The notes under the pieces were generated by a model. The model was not told the DNA's origin and searched no databases. It saw only the letters and a program-made list of their open reading frames with translations. The position numbers were made by a program, and so were the translations under genes. Positions 18,710-30,852 of a stretch of 64,000 nt of DNA are shown here, piece after piece. The first letter of the stretch is position 1, and the number at the start of each line of letters is the position of its first letter. Origin of the DNA: Armatimonadota bacterium. GTDB lineage: Bacteria > Armatimonadota > UBA5829 > DTJY01. Location of the stretch: the NCBI GenBank assembly GCA_023511795.1, contig JAIMAU010000001.1, positions 138,384 through 202,383 on the forward strand. The letters run 5' to 3'.

Positions 18710-19641
18710 GCGAAACTGAATTGCCTGCAAGCGAAATCGAAGGTAGAATTGAGGAACGTCCTCCGAGATATGTATTTGAGCCCATAGTAAGGTTAATGTT
18801 ATATCTGTTCACAGTTGGAGTGGGCTTAGTACTGGTGGGTTTTGCTATTGCCCCTTTTATTTTTGCTTTCAAAATAAGAGTCACGGATACCTTTGATTTT
18901 CAGAGCAACTTGCCTCCTGTGACTATCTATTACATCTCAGCGACGTATGCTGTTCTACTTATATCATTTGGCTTTGTCTTATTCGTTGATAAGTTGCCTC
19001 CAGAAGCACTTGGCTTCAACTTTAGAGAAAAATGGGCAAGGGAGTTGTTATTGGGTATTTCCATAGGTGCTCTCGCGACCAGCTTTATATTTATTATTTC
19101 GTACATCATGGGTTGGGTAAGAGTAACAGGCTTTATTTTCGAAAAGCCTCCTGCCAAAATTTTGTCCACCATTTTGCTCACCATCCTGCTGATGGTTTCA
19201 ATTGCGATTTTCGAGGAAACAATGGTTCGAGGATATGTGCTTCGAACCCTTAAATGGGGCTATGGCGCGTTTTCAGCTCTTATTATAAGCTCGGTGTTCT
19301 TCTCAATGCTTCATTTTCTTAATCCTGGAGCCACTATGCCTGGTTTTTTGGGCACAATGGCGGCAGGTATTGTTCTTGGTTATGGATATTTGGCAACAGG
19401 TCGCTTGTGGCTCCCAATAGGATTCCATTTCGGCTGGAATTTTTTCCTAGGCCCTGTGTTCGGCTTCCCAGTTAGTGGGGTTGAGTTCGATAGTTGGATT
19501 GAGCAGATAAGAACGGCGAATACCCTGTGGTTAGGCGGAGACTTCGGCCCCGAGGCCGGGCTTCTTTCTTTCATAGCCCTGGTACCCTCGGCTGTTGCCA
19601 TTCGATGGTTCACCCAGAAATCAGAAAAAGCACGGCCGTAA
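18706..19641 (+). CDS. CPBP (CAAX/Abi) intramembrane metalloprotease
   Basis: EETMVRGY, FSMLHFLN, GFHFGWN, FGPEAG. Confidence 0.9.
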   Translation: MSETELPASEIEGRIEERPPRYVFEPIVRLMLYLFTVGVGLVLVGFAIAPFIFAFKIRVTDTFDFQSNLPPVTIYYISATYAVLLISFGFVLFVDKLPPEALGFNFREKWARELLLGISIGALATSFIFIISYIMGWVRVTGFIFEKPPAKILSTILLTILLMVSIAIFEETMVRGYVLRTLKWGYGAFSALIISSVFFSMLHFLNPGATMPGFLGTMAAGIVLGYGYLATGRLWLPIGFHFGWNFFLGPVFGFPVSGVEFDSWIEQIRTANTLWLGGDFGPEAGLLSFIALVPSAVAIRWFTQKSEKARP

Positions 19642-19656
19642 TGTAAATTATGGCAT

Positions 19657-19686
19657 TTGACACCATTCCTCGAGGGTTGCTATAAT
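19657..19686 (+). promoter_or_regulatory. Sigma70-type promoter
   Basis: TTGACA-N18-TATAAT with extended TG. Confidence 0.65.
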
Positions 19687-19729
19687 TGCCCTGGCTTGTG
19701 ACCAACTCTCAGGGGGTGGCTAGTTATCC

Positions 19730-20461
19730 ATGAAAGGTGTAGTTCTCGCCGGCGGCCTTGGTACGCGCCTTTATCCACTTACATATGCAACTAATAAACA
19801 TTTGCTGCCTGTCTTTGATAAGCCAATGATTTTTTATCCAATCCAAACGCTTGTCAAAGCGGGCATAACAGAAGTGATGGTAGTCACAGGCGGGCCTCAT
19901 GCAGGTGACTTCCTTAGCGTGCTACAAAATGGCGAACAGCTTGGATTAAGACACCTTGAATATGCATACCAAGCTAAGGAAGGCGGTATTGCGGAGGCGC
20001 TTTCGTTGTGTGAAGATTTTGCCGACGGCGGAAGCATAACTGTAATTCTTGGAGACAATACAACCGATGCAGATATTGGCCCGGCAGTAAGGTCATTTAA
20101 ACAGGGTGCGCGAATATTCCTAAAGCGAGTACCCGACCCTGAGCGCTTTGGTGTCCCAGTTTTTGGCGAGGGCGGCAGGATTATTGCAATCGAGGAAAAG
20201 CCAAAAAAACCAAAGTCCGATTTTGCCGTTACGGGGTTGTACATCTATGACAGTCAGGTCTTTGAATTCATCCGAGAATGTAAGCCCTCGGCCCGCGGCG
20301 AGCTTGAAATTACAGATGTAAACAATTTATACATAAAAGCTGGCCAGCTGGATTGGGTTGAGCTTGAAGGTTTTTGGAGCGACGCTGGCACCTTTGAAAG
20401 CTTGTATCGCACTAACAAATTCTGGGCAGAAAAAGCACTCAAGGAAAAAGGGAAAACTTAA
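19730..20461 (+). CDS. Sugar-1-phosphate nucleotidyltransferase (short RmlA/SpsI type)
   Basis: GVVLAGGLGTRLYPLT...NKHLLP, EEKP, SARGELEITD, WSDAGT. Confidence 0.9.
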   Translation: MKGVVLAGGLGTRLYPLTYATNKHLLPVFDKPMIFYPIQTLVKAGITEVMVVTGGPHAGDFLSVLQNGEQLGLRHLEYAYQAKEGGIAEALSLCEDFADGGSITVILGDNTTDADIGPAVRSFKQGARIFLKRVPDPERFGVPVFGEGGRIIAIEEKPKKPKSDFAVTGLYIYDSQVFEFIRECKPSARGELEITDVNNLYIKAGQLDWVELEGFWSDAGTFESLYRTNKFWAEKALKEKGKT

Positions 20462-20582
20462 ATTTTGGTGGTATTTTCTGCGCTGTCTGCTGCCAATCAT
20501 CGGTTCCCCTCTTGACTCTTAACCTATGAGTCTTGTATTCTAAGCCTGCTTAATCGTTTAACCGGCATTTGGAGGTTCTCCC

Positions 20583-21839
20583 ATGAAGTACCTGCGCTGG
20601 CATATTGCCGGAATGCTAATGCTTGTAACAACAATCAGCTATTTGGACCGCCAGTCGCTTTCTGTAGCACAAGTTGAACTCGACCGCCATTTCCATATGA
20701 GCAACACAGACTATGGGTATATCACTTTTGCCTTCTTGATAGCCTACGGAATTATGCACCCCTTTATGGGCAGAATCATAGACTTGCTCACAACCAGGCG
20801 GGGAATGGCAGTTGCGGTTGCGTGGTGGTCCTTGGCAAATATTGCTCATGCATTTGCAGGCAGTGTATCTTCGTTTGCTTTTTTGAGAGCGCTGTTAGGA
20901 ATAGGAGAAGCAGGCAACTTCCCCGGCGCAGCAAAAGCTGTTGCAGAATGGTTCCCTCCTAAGGAGCGAGCGGTTGCAACAGGCATCTTCAATCTTGGCG
21001 CAGGATTAGGCGCGGCAATTGCTCCGCCGCTGATCGGAACACTTATCATTGCTTTCGGCTGGAGAGCCGCATTTATTGCGACAGGTTTAATTGGCTTTGT
21101 TTGGCTGTTTTTTTGGCTTCTCCTGTATCAACAGCCTGAAAAGAACCGCTTCCTTACAAAAGAGGAGCTGGCGTATATAAGAAGCGGACAGGCAGAGGAA
21201 AAGGTAGAAGACGTCGTGCAGCGCGGAATTTGGAAAGAGGTGCTTTCTCGAAGGGAACTTTGGGCGCTTATCGCGGCTAGGACTCTGACTGACCCCGTGT
21301 GGCTCTTTTTTACTATGTGGCTTCCAAAATATTTCAAGGCTGAACGGGGTTTTGACATAAAGCAAATCGCAATGTTTGTCTGGATACCATTTTTTGCCGC
21401 GGACGTGGGAAGCATTGTAGGTGGTGGGATCTCGGCTTACTTTATCAAGCGGGGTTGGCCAGTACTCACCGCTCGGAAAGTTGCTCTCCTCCTTAGCGCG
21501 GCGCTGATGCCGATGGTAATTCCTGCCGTGTTTGTCGAAAGCTGGAAATGGGCGCTTTTGTTTGTGTCCATACCACCATTTGCGCACCAGAGTTGGGCGG
21601 CAAGCGTACTTACTCTGCCTGGCGACCTTTTCCCAAAACGAATGGTGGCATCAGCATACGGCATCTCGGGAACCCTGGGAATTCTTGCTGGCGGAGTTGT
21701 TATGATACTTGTTGGCAAAATTGTAGATTTTGGAAGTTACATGCCAATTTTTATCGCCGCCGGCTTTATGCATCTCATTGCCGCAGCTATTATTTTTGCG
21801 CTAATTAGGCAGCGCAAAGTTCACCCAATTCCAACATAA
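20583..21839 (+). CDS. MFS transporter, hexuronate (ExuT-like) family
   Basis: ISYLDRQ, LGIGEAGNFP, EWFPPKERA, DPVW. Confidence 0.85.
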   Translation: MKYLRWHIAGMLMLVTTISYLDRQSLSVAQVELDRHFHMSNTDYGYITFAFLIAYGIMHPFMGRIIDLLTTRRGMAVAVAWWSLANIAHAFAGSVSSFAFLRALLGIGEAGNFPGAAKAVAEWFPPKERAVATGIFNLGAGLGAAIAPPLIGTLIIAFGWRAAFIATGLIGFVWLFFWLLLYQQPEKNRFLTKEELAYIRSGQAEEKVEDVVQRGIWKEVLSRRELWALIAARTLTDPVWLFFTMWLPKYFKAERGFDIKQIAMFVWIPFFAADVGSIVGGGISAYFIKRGWPVLTARKVALLLSAALMPMVIPAVFVESWKWALLFVSIPPFAHQSWAASVLTLPGDLFPKRMVASAYGISGTLGILAGGVVMILVGKIVDFGSYMPIFIAAGFMHLIAAAIIFALIRQRKVHPIPT

Positions 21840-21916
21840 TTTTGTGCTTACTATAATAACCCCCACCAACTGAACGCTGTCTTAAATGTTTTAAGGCAAA
21901 TTTAAGTATGGAAAAC

Positions 21917-21945
21917 TTGACTCTATTTTTGTAATGTGTTATTAT
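21917..21945 (+). promoter_or_regulatory. Sigma70-type promoter upstream of the T-box leader
   Basis: TTGACT-N17-TATTAT. Confidence 0.5.
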
Positions 21946-21969
21946 GCTCAGACAACTACATTTTGCAAA

Positions 21970-22281
21970 TGCGTTGAAGAGGCTAGTAGACAGAATAGGG
22001 CCGTTTCAGAGAGTTGCCGGATGGTGCGAGGCAACGCGGGCGTCTGTCGAATCTCACCTCGGAGCATGAGAGCCGAAAACCGTATGGGTCGAATGGAAGA
22101 AATGAGTCGAACGTTCTTCCATTTTGCCCGCCGGGCCAAGTAAGTTCTCACGGTTGGCGGCCGTTATCCTGCTAAGAGCGGGCCAAGTAGCTTCACCTTC
22201 AATTTTAGAAGCGCTTTGGTCAAACCAGGGTGGTACCGCGTGAGAGTTAGCCTCTCGTCCCTTTGGGCCGAGAGGCGTTTG
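21970..22281 (+). ncRNA. T-box riboswitch (Leu, CUC specifier) with terminator
   Basis: Stem I GAGG-CTAGTA-GACAGA / TCTGTC-GAATCTCA-CCTC with AGAGA and GGTG loop motifs; CCGTTATC; T-box AGGGTGGTACCGCG at 22227-22240; terminator GCCTCTCG...CGAGAGGC-GTTT; precedes the ilv-leu operon. Confidence 0.92.
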
Positions 22282-22370
22282 TGCAAATTTAAACCAAGTT
22301 GTATTTCACTTGAGTTTGCCAAGTTTTTAATGACAATCTATATAAAAGCAACAGATAGAAATTTTAAGAG

Positions 22371-24041
22371 GTGACAAGCGTGAGAAGCGATGCCGTGAAA
22401 AAGGGGTTGGAGCGTGCTCCCCACAGAATGCTATTTTATGCCGACGGATTGACAAAGGAGGAAATGGCAAGGCCGCTTATTGGAGTTGTAAACTCAGCAA
22501 ACGAAATTGTACCTGGCCATATCCATCTGGATAAAATTGCAGAGGCTGTCAAGGCTGGAATCCGAATGGCAGGCGGAACTCCGCTCGAGTTCGGCATGAT
22601 AGGAATCTGCGACGGGATTGCGATGGGACACGAAGGGATGAAATACTCCCTGGCAAGCAGAGAGCTTATTGCAGACTCGGTAGAATCAATGACAATTGCG
22701 CATGGTTTGGATGCACTTGTACTCATTCCAAACTGCGACAAGATTATACCGGGAATGCTAATGGCAGCTGCACGTTTGAATATTCCTGCGATAGTAATAA
22801 GTGGCGGACCAATGCTTGCGGGCTTCTATAAGGGAGAGGCGATATCTTTCACAAAGGTTATGGAAGGTGTAGGCGCAGTTGCAAGCGGCAAAATGACGGA
22901 GGAGGAGCTGGCACAAATTGAAGAGGTTGCTTGCCCTGGCTGTGGTTCATGTGCTGGAATGTTCACGGCAAACTCAATGAACTGTCTGACAGAAGCTCTT
23001 GGGATGGGGCTTCCAGGGAACGGCACGATACCGGCAGTTGCTTCTGCACGCATTCGCTTGGCGAAGCAGGCAGGCATGGCAATTATGAACCTCCTTGAGA
23101 AGCAAATCAAGCCTAGGGATATTATGACAAAAGGTGCGTTCGAGAATGCAATTGCAGTTGATATGGCACTTGGTTGTTCGACAAACACCGTGCTCCACGT
23201 GCTTGCGATTGCCAATGAGGCCCGCGTTAAACTCGATCTTGATGATTTCAATAAGCTGAGTGCACGAACACCGCACCTCTGTAGTCTCAGCCCTGCAGGG
23301 AAGCACCATCTGGAAGACTTGGACCAAGCTGGCGGGATACCTGCGGTTATGAATGAACTCCTTAAAAATGGCTTGCTTCCATCGCCAGATAACATAACGG
23401 CGACTGGCAAAACTGTCCGAGAAAATATAAGTAAGCGTGAAATCCTACGGCCTGACGTAATACGTTCTGTCGCAAGTCCATATCACGCAGAAGGAGGTTT
23501 AGCCATCCTGCGAGGCAATATTGCCCAGGATGGTGCGGTTGTAAAGCAGTCCGCTGTTGCGCCTGAAGTGCTTAAATTCTCCGGCCCAGCAGTTGTTTTC
23601 GATTCAGAGGACGCGGCGACTTCAGCAATTCTTAGTGGCAAGCTCCCTAAAGGCTCCGTTATTGTGGTTCGATATGAAGGGCCGAAAGGTGGACCAGGAA
23701 TGCGCGAAATGCTTTTCCCAACAGCTGCTGTTGTAGGCATGGGACTTGAGACAGAGATGGCGCTCATAACTGACGGGCGATTCTCTGGTGCATCGAAAGG
23801 GTGCTCTATTGGCCACATCTCGCCCGAAGCTGCCGAGGGCGGCAATATCGCGTTGTTAAAGGATGGCGACATCATTGATATAGACATCCCAGCTAAAACA
23901 ATCAATGTTAGGCTATCCGACGAAGAGCTGGCAAAGAGGCGTGCATCATGGACTGCCCCTGAGCCAAAAGTGAAAGAAGGATATCTCGCTCGATATGCAC
24001 GATGTGTTACATCTGCCGGCACTGGAGCGATCGTAAAATAG
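22371..24041 (+). CDS. ilvD: Dihydroxy-acid dehydratase
   Basis: [43 protein letters not shown]. Confidence 0.97.
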   Translation: MTSVRSDAVKKGLERAPHRMLFYADGLTKEEMARPLIGVVNSANEIVPGHIHLDKIAEAVKAGIRMAGGTPLEFGMIGICDGIAMGHEGMKYSLASRELIADSVESMTIAHGLDALVLIPNCDKIIPGMLMAAARLNIPAIVISGGPMLAGFYKGEAISFTKVMEGVGAVASGKMTEEELAQIEEVACPGCGSCAGMFTANSMNCLTEALGMGLPGNGTIPAVASARIRLAKQAGMAIMNLLEKQIKPRDIMTKGAFENAIAVDMALGCSTNTVLHVLAIANEARVKLDLDDFNKLSARTPHLCSLSPAGKHHLEDLDQAGGIPAVMNELLKNGLLPSPDNITATGKTVRENISKREILRPDVIRSVASPYHAEGGLAILRGNIAQDGAVVKQSAVAPEVLKFSGPAVVFDSEDAATSAILSGKLPKGSVIVVRYEGPKGGPGMREMLFPTAAVVGMGLETEMALITDGRFSGASKGCSIGHISPEAAEGGNIALLKDGDIIDIDIPAKTINVRLSDEELAKRRASWTAPEPKVKEGYLARYARCVTSAGTGAIVK

Positions 24042-24057
24042 GACGGAGGAATGTAGT

Positions 24058-25734
24058 TTGAAGATAACAGGAGCACAGGCATTATTGGAATCCTTAAGAC
24101 GCGAAGGTGTTGAGGTTATATTTGGTTTTCCAGGAGGCGTCATGCTTCCTATATACGACTGCCTGTACGACTGCAAGGATATTCGACATATACTTGTAAG
24201 GCACGAGCAGGGCGCAGCCCATGCGGCTGATGGTTATGCTCGTGCGACCGGAAAAGTAGGAGTTTGTTGTGCGACATCTGGCCCAGGAGCAACAAATCTA
24301 GTAACAGGAATTGCTACTGCATATATGGATTCGATTCCCATAGTCGCAATCACTGGGCAGGTGAGAACAACGGCGCTTGGTAAGGATTCCTTCCAAGAAG
24401 CCGATATCACCGGAATCACCATGCCGATTACTAAGCACAACTTCCTCGTGAAAAATAGCAAAGATGTGCCAGAGATTGTGGCGGAAGCGTTTCATATCGC
24501 TCGCACAGGTCGTCCTGGCCCTGTGCTTATAGACATGCCTATGGATGTATCTTTAGGTGTGATTGACTACAAACCTGTAACCAATGTTGACATCCCATCA
24601 TACAAGCCGAACACTGTGGGTCATCCACTTCAAATTAAAAAGGCGGCAAAGCTAATAGCATCTGCTGAGCGTCCAGTGATATACGCCGGCGGGGGTGTGA
24701 TTTCCTCAGGTGCCAGTCCTGAACTTTTGGAGCTGAGCGAGCGCACTAGTATTTTGGTGACAACTACACTTCTAGGCAAAGGAGCGTTCCCCGAGACCCA
24801 TCCAAACTCGCTTGGCATGCTGGGAATGCATGGAACGGCTTATGCGAACTATGCCGTAGCGCATTGTGATTTGCTGATTGCCATCGGCGCTCGGTTTGAT
24901 GATCGTGTTACAGGCAAACTGGATGCTTTTGCCCAAAAAGCGAAAGTCATCCATATAGACATTGACCCAGCCGAGATTGGCAAAACAGTGCATGTGGATG
25001 TGCCAATTGTCGGCGACTGCAAGCTTGTTCTCCAGGACTTGCTTAAATATGTTGAGCCCCGCAAGCCAACTAGTTGGAATGAACAAGTTATGAAGTGGAA
25101 GGCTGAATATCCGCTCCATTACAGTGAGAACGGTTTGCTTCCGCAGTATGTGATTGAGAAAATTTGGGAAGTCACAAACGGTGAGGCGGTAGTTGCGACA
25201 GGCGTTGGCCAGCATCAGATGTGGGCCGCCCAGTTTTATAAGTGTAAATACCCGCGTCAATTCCTATCATCTGGCGGTCTTGGAACTATGGGTTTTGGTT
25301 TCCCAGCAGGAATCGGAGCGAAGGTTGGGCGACCCAATGATATTGTATTTGTAATTGATGGCGACGGCAGCTTCCAAATGACCTTACAAGAGCTAATTGT
25401 GGCTGTGGAAAATAAAATTGCCGTGAAGGTGGCTATCTTAAATAACCAGTATCTCGGCATGGTGCGGCAGTGGCAGGAGCTGTTCTGGAACCGTCGCTAT
25501 GCAGGAGTGGATATCGCTGCTCAGCCGGACTTTGTAAAACTTGCAGAGGCGTATGGTGCGGTTGGCATGCGCATTGAGAAAAAGGAGCAAGTTGTTGATG
25601 CTCTTAAAAAATCACTGGAATACGACAATGTGCCTGTGATTATGGACTTCCATATCGAGCGCGAAGAAAACGTCTTTCCAATGATCCCTGCTGGGCAGAG
25701 CATCGAGGAAATGATGGTTCGACGACCAAAGTAA
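24058..25734 (+). CDS. ilvB: Acetolactate synthase large subunit
   Basis: [44 protein letters not shown]. Confidence 0.97.
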   Translation: MKITGAQALLESLRREGVEVIFGFPGGVMLPIYDCLYDCKDIRHILVRHEQGAAHAADGYARATGKVGVCCATSGPGATNLVTGIATAYMDSIPIVAITGQVRTTALGKDSFQEADITGITMPITKHNFLVKNSKDVPEIVAEAFHIARTGRPGPVLIDMPMDVSLGVIDYKPVTNVDIPSYKPNTVGHPLQIKKAAKLIASAERPVIYAGGGVISSGASPELLELSERTSILVTTTLLGKGAFPETHPNSLGMLGMHGTAYANYAVAHCDLLIAIGARFDDRVTGKLDAFAQKAKVIHIDIDPAEIGKTVHVDVPIVGDCKLVLQDLLKYVEPRKPTSWNEQVMKWKAEYPLHYSENGLLPQYVIEKIWEVTNGEAVVATGVGQHQMWAAQFYKCKYPRQFLSSGGLGTMGFGFPAGIGAKVGRPNDIVFVIDGDGSFQMTLQELIVAVENKIAVKVAILNNQYLGMVRQWQELFWNRRYAGVDIAAQPDFVKLAEAYGAVGMRIEKKEQVVDALKKSLEYDNVPVIMDFHIEREENVFPMIPAGQSIEEMMVRRPK

Positions 25735-25754
25735 GTTCGGAGGGACAATTAGAA

Positions 25755-26240
25755 ATGCAACATACGATAACAGCTTTAGTTGAAAACAAACCTGGTGTTC
25801 TAGCTCGGGTTGCGGGGCTATTTGCCCGCAGGGGGTTCAATATCGAGTCACTAGCCGTTAGTATAACCGAGGACCCTTCGGTGTCTCGAATGACAATCGT
25901 GGTTGGTGGAGACGATGCAGTGCTCGAACAGATTACAAAACAGCTCAACAAGCTAATTGACGTAATCAAGGTTGTCGATTATAAGGGAATTCCAATTGTG
26001 GAACGAGAGCTTGCATTGATTAAAGTCAACGCCGATGCTGGCGTACGCTCGGAGATTATGCAGATTGTAGACATTTTTCGCGCTAAAATTATCGATGTTA
26101 GCGAAAAAACGTTCACAGTGGAAGTCACAGGCAGCGTTGATAAGATTAACGCAATTGAAAAGCTTCTTGAGAGCTATGGAATTAAGGAAGTCGTCCGCAC
26201 TGGCCGCATCGCCATGATGCGCGGTGCCAAAACTCCATAA
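25755..26240 (+). CDS. ilvN: Acetolactate synthase small subunit
   Basis: [34 protein letters not shown]. Confidence 0.97.
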   Translation: MQHTITALVENKPGVLARVAGLFARRGFNIESLAVSITEDPSVSRMTIVVGGDDAVLEQITKQLNKLIDVIKVVDYKGIPIVERELALIKVNADAGVRSEIMQIVDIFRAKIIDVSEKTFTVEVTGSVDKINAIEKLLESYGIKEVVRTGRIAMMRGAKTP

Positions 26241-26342
26241 GCATAGCGAAGATAATAAGTAGCATTCGAGGAAATCTTTTCTCGAAAGGTAGCTTTTTCT
26301 TATAAAGTTCTTGGGCTTAGATAAAAAAGCGGGAGGTAAACA

Positions 26343-27341
26343 ATGGCAAAAGTTTATTATGATCAGGATGCTAATCTCGATGTGTTGAAGGGGCGAAAGG
26401 TTGCAATCATTGGCTATGGGAGTCAGGGCCATGCCCAGGCGCAAAATCTAAGAGATAGCGGCGTTGATGTAATCGTCAGCGACCTTCCTGGCACGCCAAA
26501 TTGGGAAAAGGCGATTGAGGATGGTTTCAAACCAGTATCGGCGGCGGAAGCTTCATCGGAAGCAAGCATCATCCAAATCCTTACAGAGGACGAGGTTCAG
26601 CCAAAGGTTTACAAGAGCGAAGTTGAGATGAACCTTACTGAGGGTAAAGCCCTATTATTTTCGCATGGTTTTAATATTCATTTTGGGCAGATAGTTCCAC
26701 CGGCGAACGTTGATGTGATAATGGTTGCGCCCAAAGGCCCAGGTCATCTTGTGCGTCGGCAATATACCGAAGGCGCAGGCGTCCCAGCTCTAATTGCTGT
26801 GCAACAAGATGCTTCTGGCAAGGCAAAAGAGATAGCGCTGGCATATGCAAAAGGAATCGGTGCGACGAGGGTAGGCGTCCTAGAGACCACCTTTAAGGAA
26901 GAAACTGAAACAGACCTCTTTGGCGAGCAAGCTGTGCTGTGTGGCGGGGCGACATCCCTTGTTATTGCTGGTTTCGAGACGCTAGTTGAGGCAGGTTACC
27001 AACCGGAAATTGCGTACTTCGAGTGTTTGCATGAGTTGAAGCTTATCGTAGATCTTATGTACGAAGGCGGTATCAGCTGGATGAGATATTCAATCAGCAA
27101 TACCGCAGAATATGGCGACTATACTCGCGGGCCGCGGATAATCAATGAAAATACGCGTGCTGAAATGAAGCGCATTCTAGGCGAAATCCAAAGAGGCGAA
27201 TTCGCAAAGGAATGGATACTTGAAAATGCAGCCAACCGACCAGTTTTCAATGCGGCTCGGAGGATGGCAAAAGAGCATATGATTGAAGAGGTAGGTGCAC
27301 GCCTTCGCGAAATGATGCCGTATTTGAAAAAGAAGCGGTAA
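26343..27341 (+). CDS. ilvC: Ketol-acid reductoisomerase
   Basis: [27 protein letters not shown]. Confidence 0.98.
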   Translation: MAKVYYDQDANLDVLKGRKVAIIGYGSQGHAQAQNLRDSGVDVIVSDLPGTPNWEKAIEDGFKPVSAAEASSEASIIQILTEDEVQPKVYKSEVEMNLTEGKALLFSHGFNIHFGQIVPPANVDVIMVAPKGPGHLVRRQYTEGAGVPALIAVQQDASGKAKEIALAYAKGIGATRVGVLETTFKEETETDLFGEQAVLCGGATSLVIAGFETLVEAGYQPEIAYFECLHELKLIVDLMYEGGISWMRYSISNTAEYGDYTRGPRIINENTRAEMKRILGEIQRGEFAKEWILENAANRPVFNAARRMAKEHMIEEVGARLREMMPYLKKKR

Positions 27342-27433
27342 AGCGCAACAAGTAGCAAGCATATTAAAGCCTTTCGTTAATGTCTTTTGTAGCTGCTTGA
27401 TACTTGTAGCTTGTTTCTTTCGGGGGCATTCTT

Positions 27434-28984
27434 ATGAGCAGGAGAATACTTATATTTGATACCACGCTCAGAGACGGCGAACAATCGCCCGGAGCAAGCA
27501 TGAATATCGAGGAAAAATTGGAGGTGGCAAAGCAACTTGCCCGCCTGAATGTAGATGTAATTGAGGCGGGGTTCCCCATCTCATCTCCAGGAGATTTTGA
27601 GGCAGTCAAGACGATTGCCCAGCAGATTAAAGGCCCAGCAATCGCCGGTTTGTGTCGGGCGAACGATGCCGATATTGACCGTACGTGGGAGGCAGTTCGG
27701 TACTCCAATAAGCCCTATATACATACCTTCATTGCAACGTCTGATATTCATCTTGAGAGAAAACTAAAGAAATCCAGAGAAGAGGTTCTCGACCTGGCTG
27801 TAAAGGCAGTCAAGCGTGCCAAATCTTACTGCGAAAATGTGGAGTTCTCTGCCGAAGATGCATCGAGGACAGATATTGACTATCTGTGTCAAGTTGTAGA
27901 GGCGGTAATAGATGCTGGCGCCACCGTGGTCAACATTCCCGATACAGTCGGCTATGCTGTGCCGCATGAGTTCGCGAATATCATTAGGACGTTGCTAGAC
28001 AGGGTGCCGAATATCAATAAATGCATACTGAGCGTCCATTGCCATAACGACCTTGGGTTGGCAGTTGCAAATTCATTGGCGGCGGTGCTTGCAGGTGCGG
28101 GCCAGGTGGAGTGTACGATAAATGGGATTGGCGAGCGTGCGGGTAATGCCGCACTTGAGGAGGTTGTGATGGCAATTAATACCCGCAAAGACATCTTCGA
28201 TGTTACAACGGGTGTAAACACAAAAGAGATTTACCGCGCTAGCAGGCTTGTGAGCGACGTCACTGGTTTGCAGGTTCAGGCAAACAAGGCAATTGTTGGA
28301 AGCAATGCTTTTGCGCATGAGGCGGGAATCCATCAGCACGGCGTAATCCAGGATAAAAGAACCTATGAGATTATAGACGCAGAGGATATAGGCCTTTCTG
28401 AGAGCAAGCTTGTGCTTGGGAAACATTCGGGGCGCCATGCATTTGAAAAGCGGCTTAGCGAGCTTGGTTACGAGCTTACTCGTGAAGAACTTGACAAGGC
28501 ATTTGCAAGGTTCAAAGAAGTGGCCGACAAAAAGAAGGAAATATTCGATGAGGATTTGGAAGCCTTAGTCGCCGACGAAGTTCATGCTATTCCTGAAACA
28601 TATCAGCTGACGTACATGACTGTGATGACTAGCCTTGAGGGGATTCCCACTGCTACAATCAAAATCGCTACGCCTAATGGCGAGCTGAGCGACTGTGGAA
28701 CTGGTGTTGGTTCGGTGGACGCAGTATACAAAACGATTGACAAAATTATCAGAGTTCCACACACTCTAAAAGATTATATCGTAAAAGCAGTAACAGGCGG
28801 CACCGATGCTTTGGGTGAAGTTACTGTGAAGTTAGCAGATGATAGGAACGTTTATACAGGCAGAGGTGCTAGCCTCGATATCGTGGAAGCAAGCGCCAAG
28901 GCATACATCCAGGCTATTAACAAACTAGTCTATTATCAAGCAAAGCGTGGCAACAGCCGCGCAGGTGAAAAGCCTGTGCTTTAG
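27434..28984 (+). CDS. leuA: 2-isopropylmalate synthase
   Basis: [27 protein letters not shown]. Confidence 0.97.
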   Translation: MSRRILIFDTTLRDGEQSPGASMNIEEKLEVAKQLARLNVDVIEAGFPISSPGDFEAVKTIAQQIKGPAIAGLCRANDADIDRTWEAVRYSNKPYIHTFIATSDIHLERKLKKSREEVLDLAVKAVKRAKSYCENVEFSAEDASRTDIDYLCQVVEAVIDAGATVVNIPDTVGYAVPHEFANIIRTLLDRVPNINKCILSVHCHNDLGLAVANSLAAVLAGAGQVECTINGIGERAGNAALEEVVMAINTRKDIFDVTTGVNTKEIYRASRLVSDVTGLQVQANKAIVGSNAFAHEAGIHQHGVIQDKRTYEIIDAEDIGLSESKLVLGKHSGRHAFEKRLSELGYELTREELDKAFARFKEVADKKKEIFDEDLEALVADEVHAIPETYQLTYMTVMTSLEGIPTATIKIATPNGELSDCGTGVGSVDAVYKTIDKIIRVPHTLKDYIVKAVTGGTDALGEVTVKLADDRNVYTGRGASLDIVEASAKAYIQAINKLVYYQAKRGNSRAGEKPVL

Positions 28985-28997
28985 ATTGAGGTACAAT

Positions 28998-30260
28998 ATG
29001 GGCCAAACAATAACACAAAAGATACTCGCAGCTCATGCTGATAAGGATCAAGTCGAACCAGGCGAACTAGTTACAATAAAGTTGGATTTTATGCTTGGGA
29101 ACGACATTACTGCTCCAATAGCGATTCGTGAATTCAAGCAGATTGGCGTTGATTGCGTGTTCGACAAAGAGCGTATCGCCCTTGTTCCAGACCATTACAC
29201 GCCAGCAAAGGATATGAAAGCCGCTCAGCAAGTTAAAGAAATGCGAGAATTCGCCCATGAATATGGCATTACAAACTTTTTTGAAGTTGGTCGCGTTGGC
29301 GTCGAACATACACTTCTTCCCGATGAAGGACTTGTAGTACCCGGTGATGCCGTTATCGGGGCTGATTCCCATACATGTACATATGGTGCGCTGGGGCTCT
29401 TTTCAACCGGCGTGGGAAGCACAGACCTAGCAGCAGCGATGGCACTAGGTGAAACTTGGGTCCGGGTGCCGGAGACCATCAAGTTCGTTTATTATGGTAA
29501 ATTAAACAAGTGGGTTGGCGGAAAAGACTTGATACTCTACACAATTGGTAAGATTGGTGTGGACGGGGCGCTCTACTGCTCGATGGAATTCACAGGGGAA
29601 ACCATTTCTTTTCTGCCAATGGCTGACCGTTTCACGATGTGCAACATGGCAATCGAAGCTGGCGGCAAAAACGGCATAATGCATGTTGACGATACTACAC
29701 TTGAATATGTAAAGCCGCGTGCAAAACGTCCTTGGAAGGTCTATGCAAGCGATTCTGACGCCTTGTATAAAGAAATAATCGAGATTGACGTCTCTGAAAT
29801 TGAGCCTCAGGTTGCATTTCCACATCTTCCGGAAAACACAAGGCCCGTAAGTCAAGCAAGCGACATACGGATTGACCAAGCAGTAATTGGCTCTTGTACA
29901 AATGGTCGCATCGAAGACCTGCGAATCGCTGCAAGCGTCTTAAAAGGACGCAGGGTCCATCCTGATGTGCGGCTAATCATTATTCCTGCAACTCAGGAAA
30001 TTTGGCAACAGGCAATGCGTGAAGGGCTTTTTGATATATTTATTGAGGCTGGTGCAGCCGTAAGCACGCCGACGTGTGGCCCCTGTCTTGGAGGGCACAT
30101 GGGATGCCTTGCAGAGGGTGAGCGGGCAATTGCTACAACCAACCGCAATTTCGTAGGCAGGATGGGCCACGTCAAGTCGGAAGTTTATCTGTCAAATCCT
30201 GCAATTGCGGCGGCCTCTGCTGTTTTGGGCAGGATAGGAAGTCCAGAAGAACTCAATTGA
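28998..30260 (+). CDS. leuC: 3-isopropylmalate dehydratase large subunit
   Basis: [31 protein letters not shown]; start set at ATG 28998 (GAGG RBS). Confidence 0.95.
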   Translation: MGQTITQKILAAHADKDQVEPGELVTIKLDFMLGNDITAPIAIREFKQIGVDCVFDKERIALVPDHYTPAKDMKAAQQVKEMREFAHEYGITNFFEVGRVGVEHTLLPDEGLVVPGDAVIGADSHTCTYGALGLFSTGVGSTDLAAAMALGETWVRVPETIKFVYYGKLNKWVGGKDLILYTIGKIGVDGALYCSMEFTGETISFLPMADRFTMCNMAIEAGGKNGIMHVDDTTLEYVKPRAKRPWKVYASDSDALYKEIIEIDVSEIEPQVAFPHLPENTRPVSQASDIRIDQAVIGSCTNGRIEDLRIAASVLKGRRVHPDVRLIIIPATQEIWQQAMREGLFDIFIEAGAAVSTPTCGPCLGGHMGCLAEGERAIATTNRNFVGRMGHVKSEVYLSNPAIAAASAVLGRIGSPEELN

Positions 30261-30320
30261 GATTGGTGCTGAATTTAGATTTTGAAAAATATTAAAGAGC
30301 AAATGGAGATAGTGCAGATT

Positions 30321-30830
30321 ATGATTTTCAGAGGCAAAGTCCATAAATATGGTAGCAACGTAGATACGGATGTCATTATCCCTGCGCGCTACCTCGTCAC
30401 GTCTGACCCTGCAGAGTTAGCAGCGCACTGCATGGAGGATATAGACCCCGATTTCGTGAAGAGAGTGCAGCCAGGCGATATCATTGTCGCTGAAGAAAAT
30501 TTTGGTTGTGGTTCGTCTCGAGAACATGCGCCAATAGCAATCAAAGCTTCGGGAATATCCTGTGTAATCGCAAAAACATTCGCTAGAATCTTTTATCGGA
30601 ACTCATTTAACATTGGGCTACCAATACTCGAATGCCCAGAAGCGGTTGATGGTATTTCTGCTGGCGACGAAGTAGAAGTTGAAACATCAACAGGTAAAAT
30701 TGTCAACTTGACGACTTGCAAAGCATTTCAGGCAAGGCCTTTCCCCGAATTTATCCAACAGCTAATTTTGGCAGGCGGCCTGATTCCCTATGCGCGTGAA
30801 AGGGTCAAAGCTCTAAAAAAGTGCCGCTGA
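30321..30830 (+). CDS. leuD: 3-isopropylmalate dehydratase small subunit
   Basis: [32 protein letters not shown]; start uncertain (30303 or 30321). Confidence 0.95.
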   Translation: MIFRGKVHKYGSNVDTDVIIPARYLVTSDPAELAAHCMEDIDPDFVKRVQPGDIIVAEENFGCGSSREHAPIAIKASGISCVIAKTFARIFYRNSFNIGLPILECPEAVDGISAGDEVEVETSTGKIVNLTTCKAFQARPFPEFIQQLILAGGLIPYARERVKALKKCR

Positions 30831-30852
30831 TTGCGGCAGAGGTGACTGTATT

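Noticed and set aside
21934..22151. Short ORFs in the ilvD leader (possible attenuator peptide)
   Set aside because: No run of Leu/Ile/Val codons; the region is fully explained by the T-box structure
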